NCBI GenBank assembly: GCA_000934665.2
Contig: KZ538304.1
Span: 1 to 64,000, forward strand
DNA from: Catajapyx aquilonaris
Lineage: Eukaryota
Length of the DNA stretch: 64,000 bases
Reading direction: 5' to 3'
Both the position numbers and the translations under genes were made by a program. Below are positions 63,775 to 64,000 of this stretch, piece after piece. The notes under the pieces are model-generated. The model made no database searches. It was not told the DNA's origin and saw nothing but the letters and a program-made list of their open reading frames with translations. Numbering within the stretch: position 1 is the first letter of the stretch; each line of letters opens with the position of its first letter.

Positions 63775-63989
63775 TCTATAATATTAAAATCCTTGCGGGA
63801 GTTGGCCGAGCCCTCTGATTGGTCCGCCGCATATTGTTACCGCCACCTCCCCATTGGCCCGCGTTCTACTCATGCGCAATTTGGTGTAAACAACTCCTGT
63901 TGGGTTGCCGGGGAAACTGTCTATTTCCCGGCGATATGGTGCGCCGAATAGGTACCCCAGGCCGTAGTTCTAGACAAGAGTTTTCCTAG
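63775..63989 (+). mobile_element. Non-autonomous Helitron-like element (in the Vav intron upstream of 62462)
   Basis: a|TCTATAATATTAAAAT...ttttcCTAG|t: TC start, CTAG end, inserted between A and T, no TIR or TSD. Confidence 0.8.
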
Positions 63990-64000
63990 TGGGACGTATA

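Overview
Animal genomic DNA, probably arthropod (interstitial TTAGG arrays, 50-75 nt GT-AG introns, many MITEs); no prokaryotic features. The right third holds four compact spliced genes, reconstructed by hand with phase-consistent junctions: a C1orf131/DUF4602-like gene (-), a divergent tetraspanin (-), an NADPH-dependent FMN/quinone reductase (+, one GC-AG intron) and a 5'-truncated Vav RhoGEF (-; CH-Ac-DH-PH-C1-SH2-SH3). Vav has two paralogous exons for the autoinhibitory acidic region, plus a candidate 3-nt microexon just upstream of them. The left ~47 kb looks like the 5' part of one large unidentified minus-strand gene. Several candidate alternative first exons and a six-exon 429-codon N-terminal branch end in phase-1 donors that fit one shared phase 1-1 exon (7335-7559). 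The introns contain MITEs, Helitron-like elements, tandem repeats, a T-shaped double palindrome, and many CRE, AP-1 and CTCF-like motifs. A 100-N assembly gap lies at 44958-45057. None of the gene models has transcript support.
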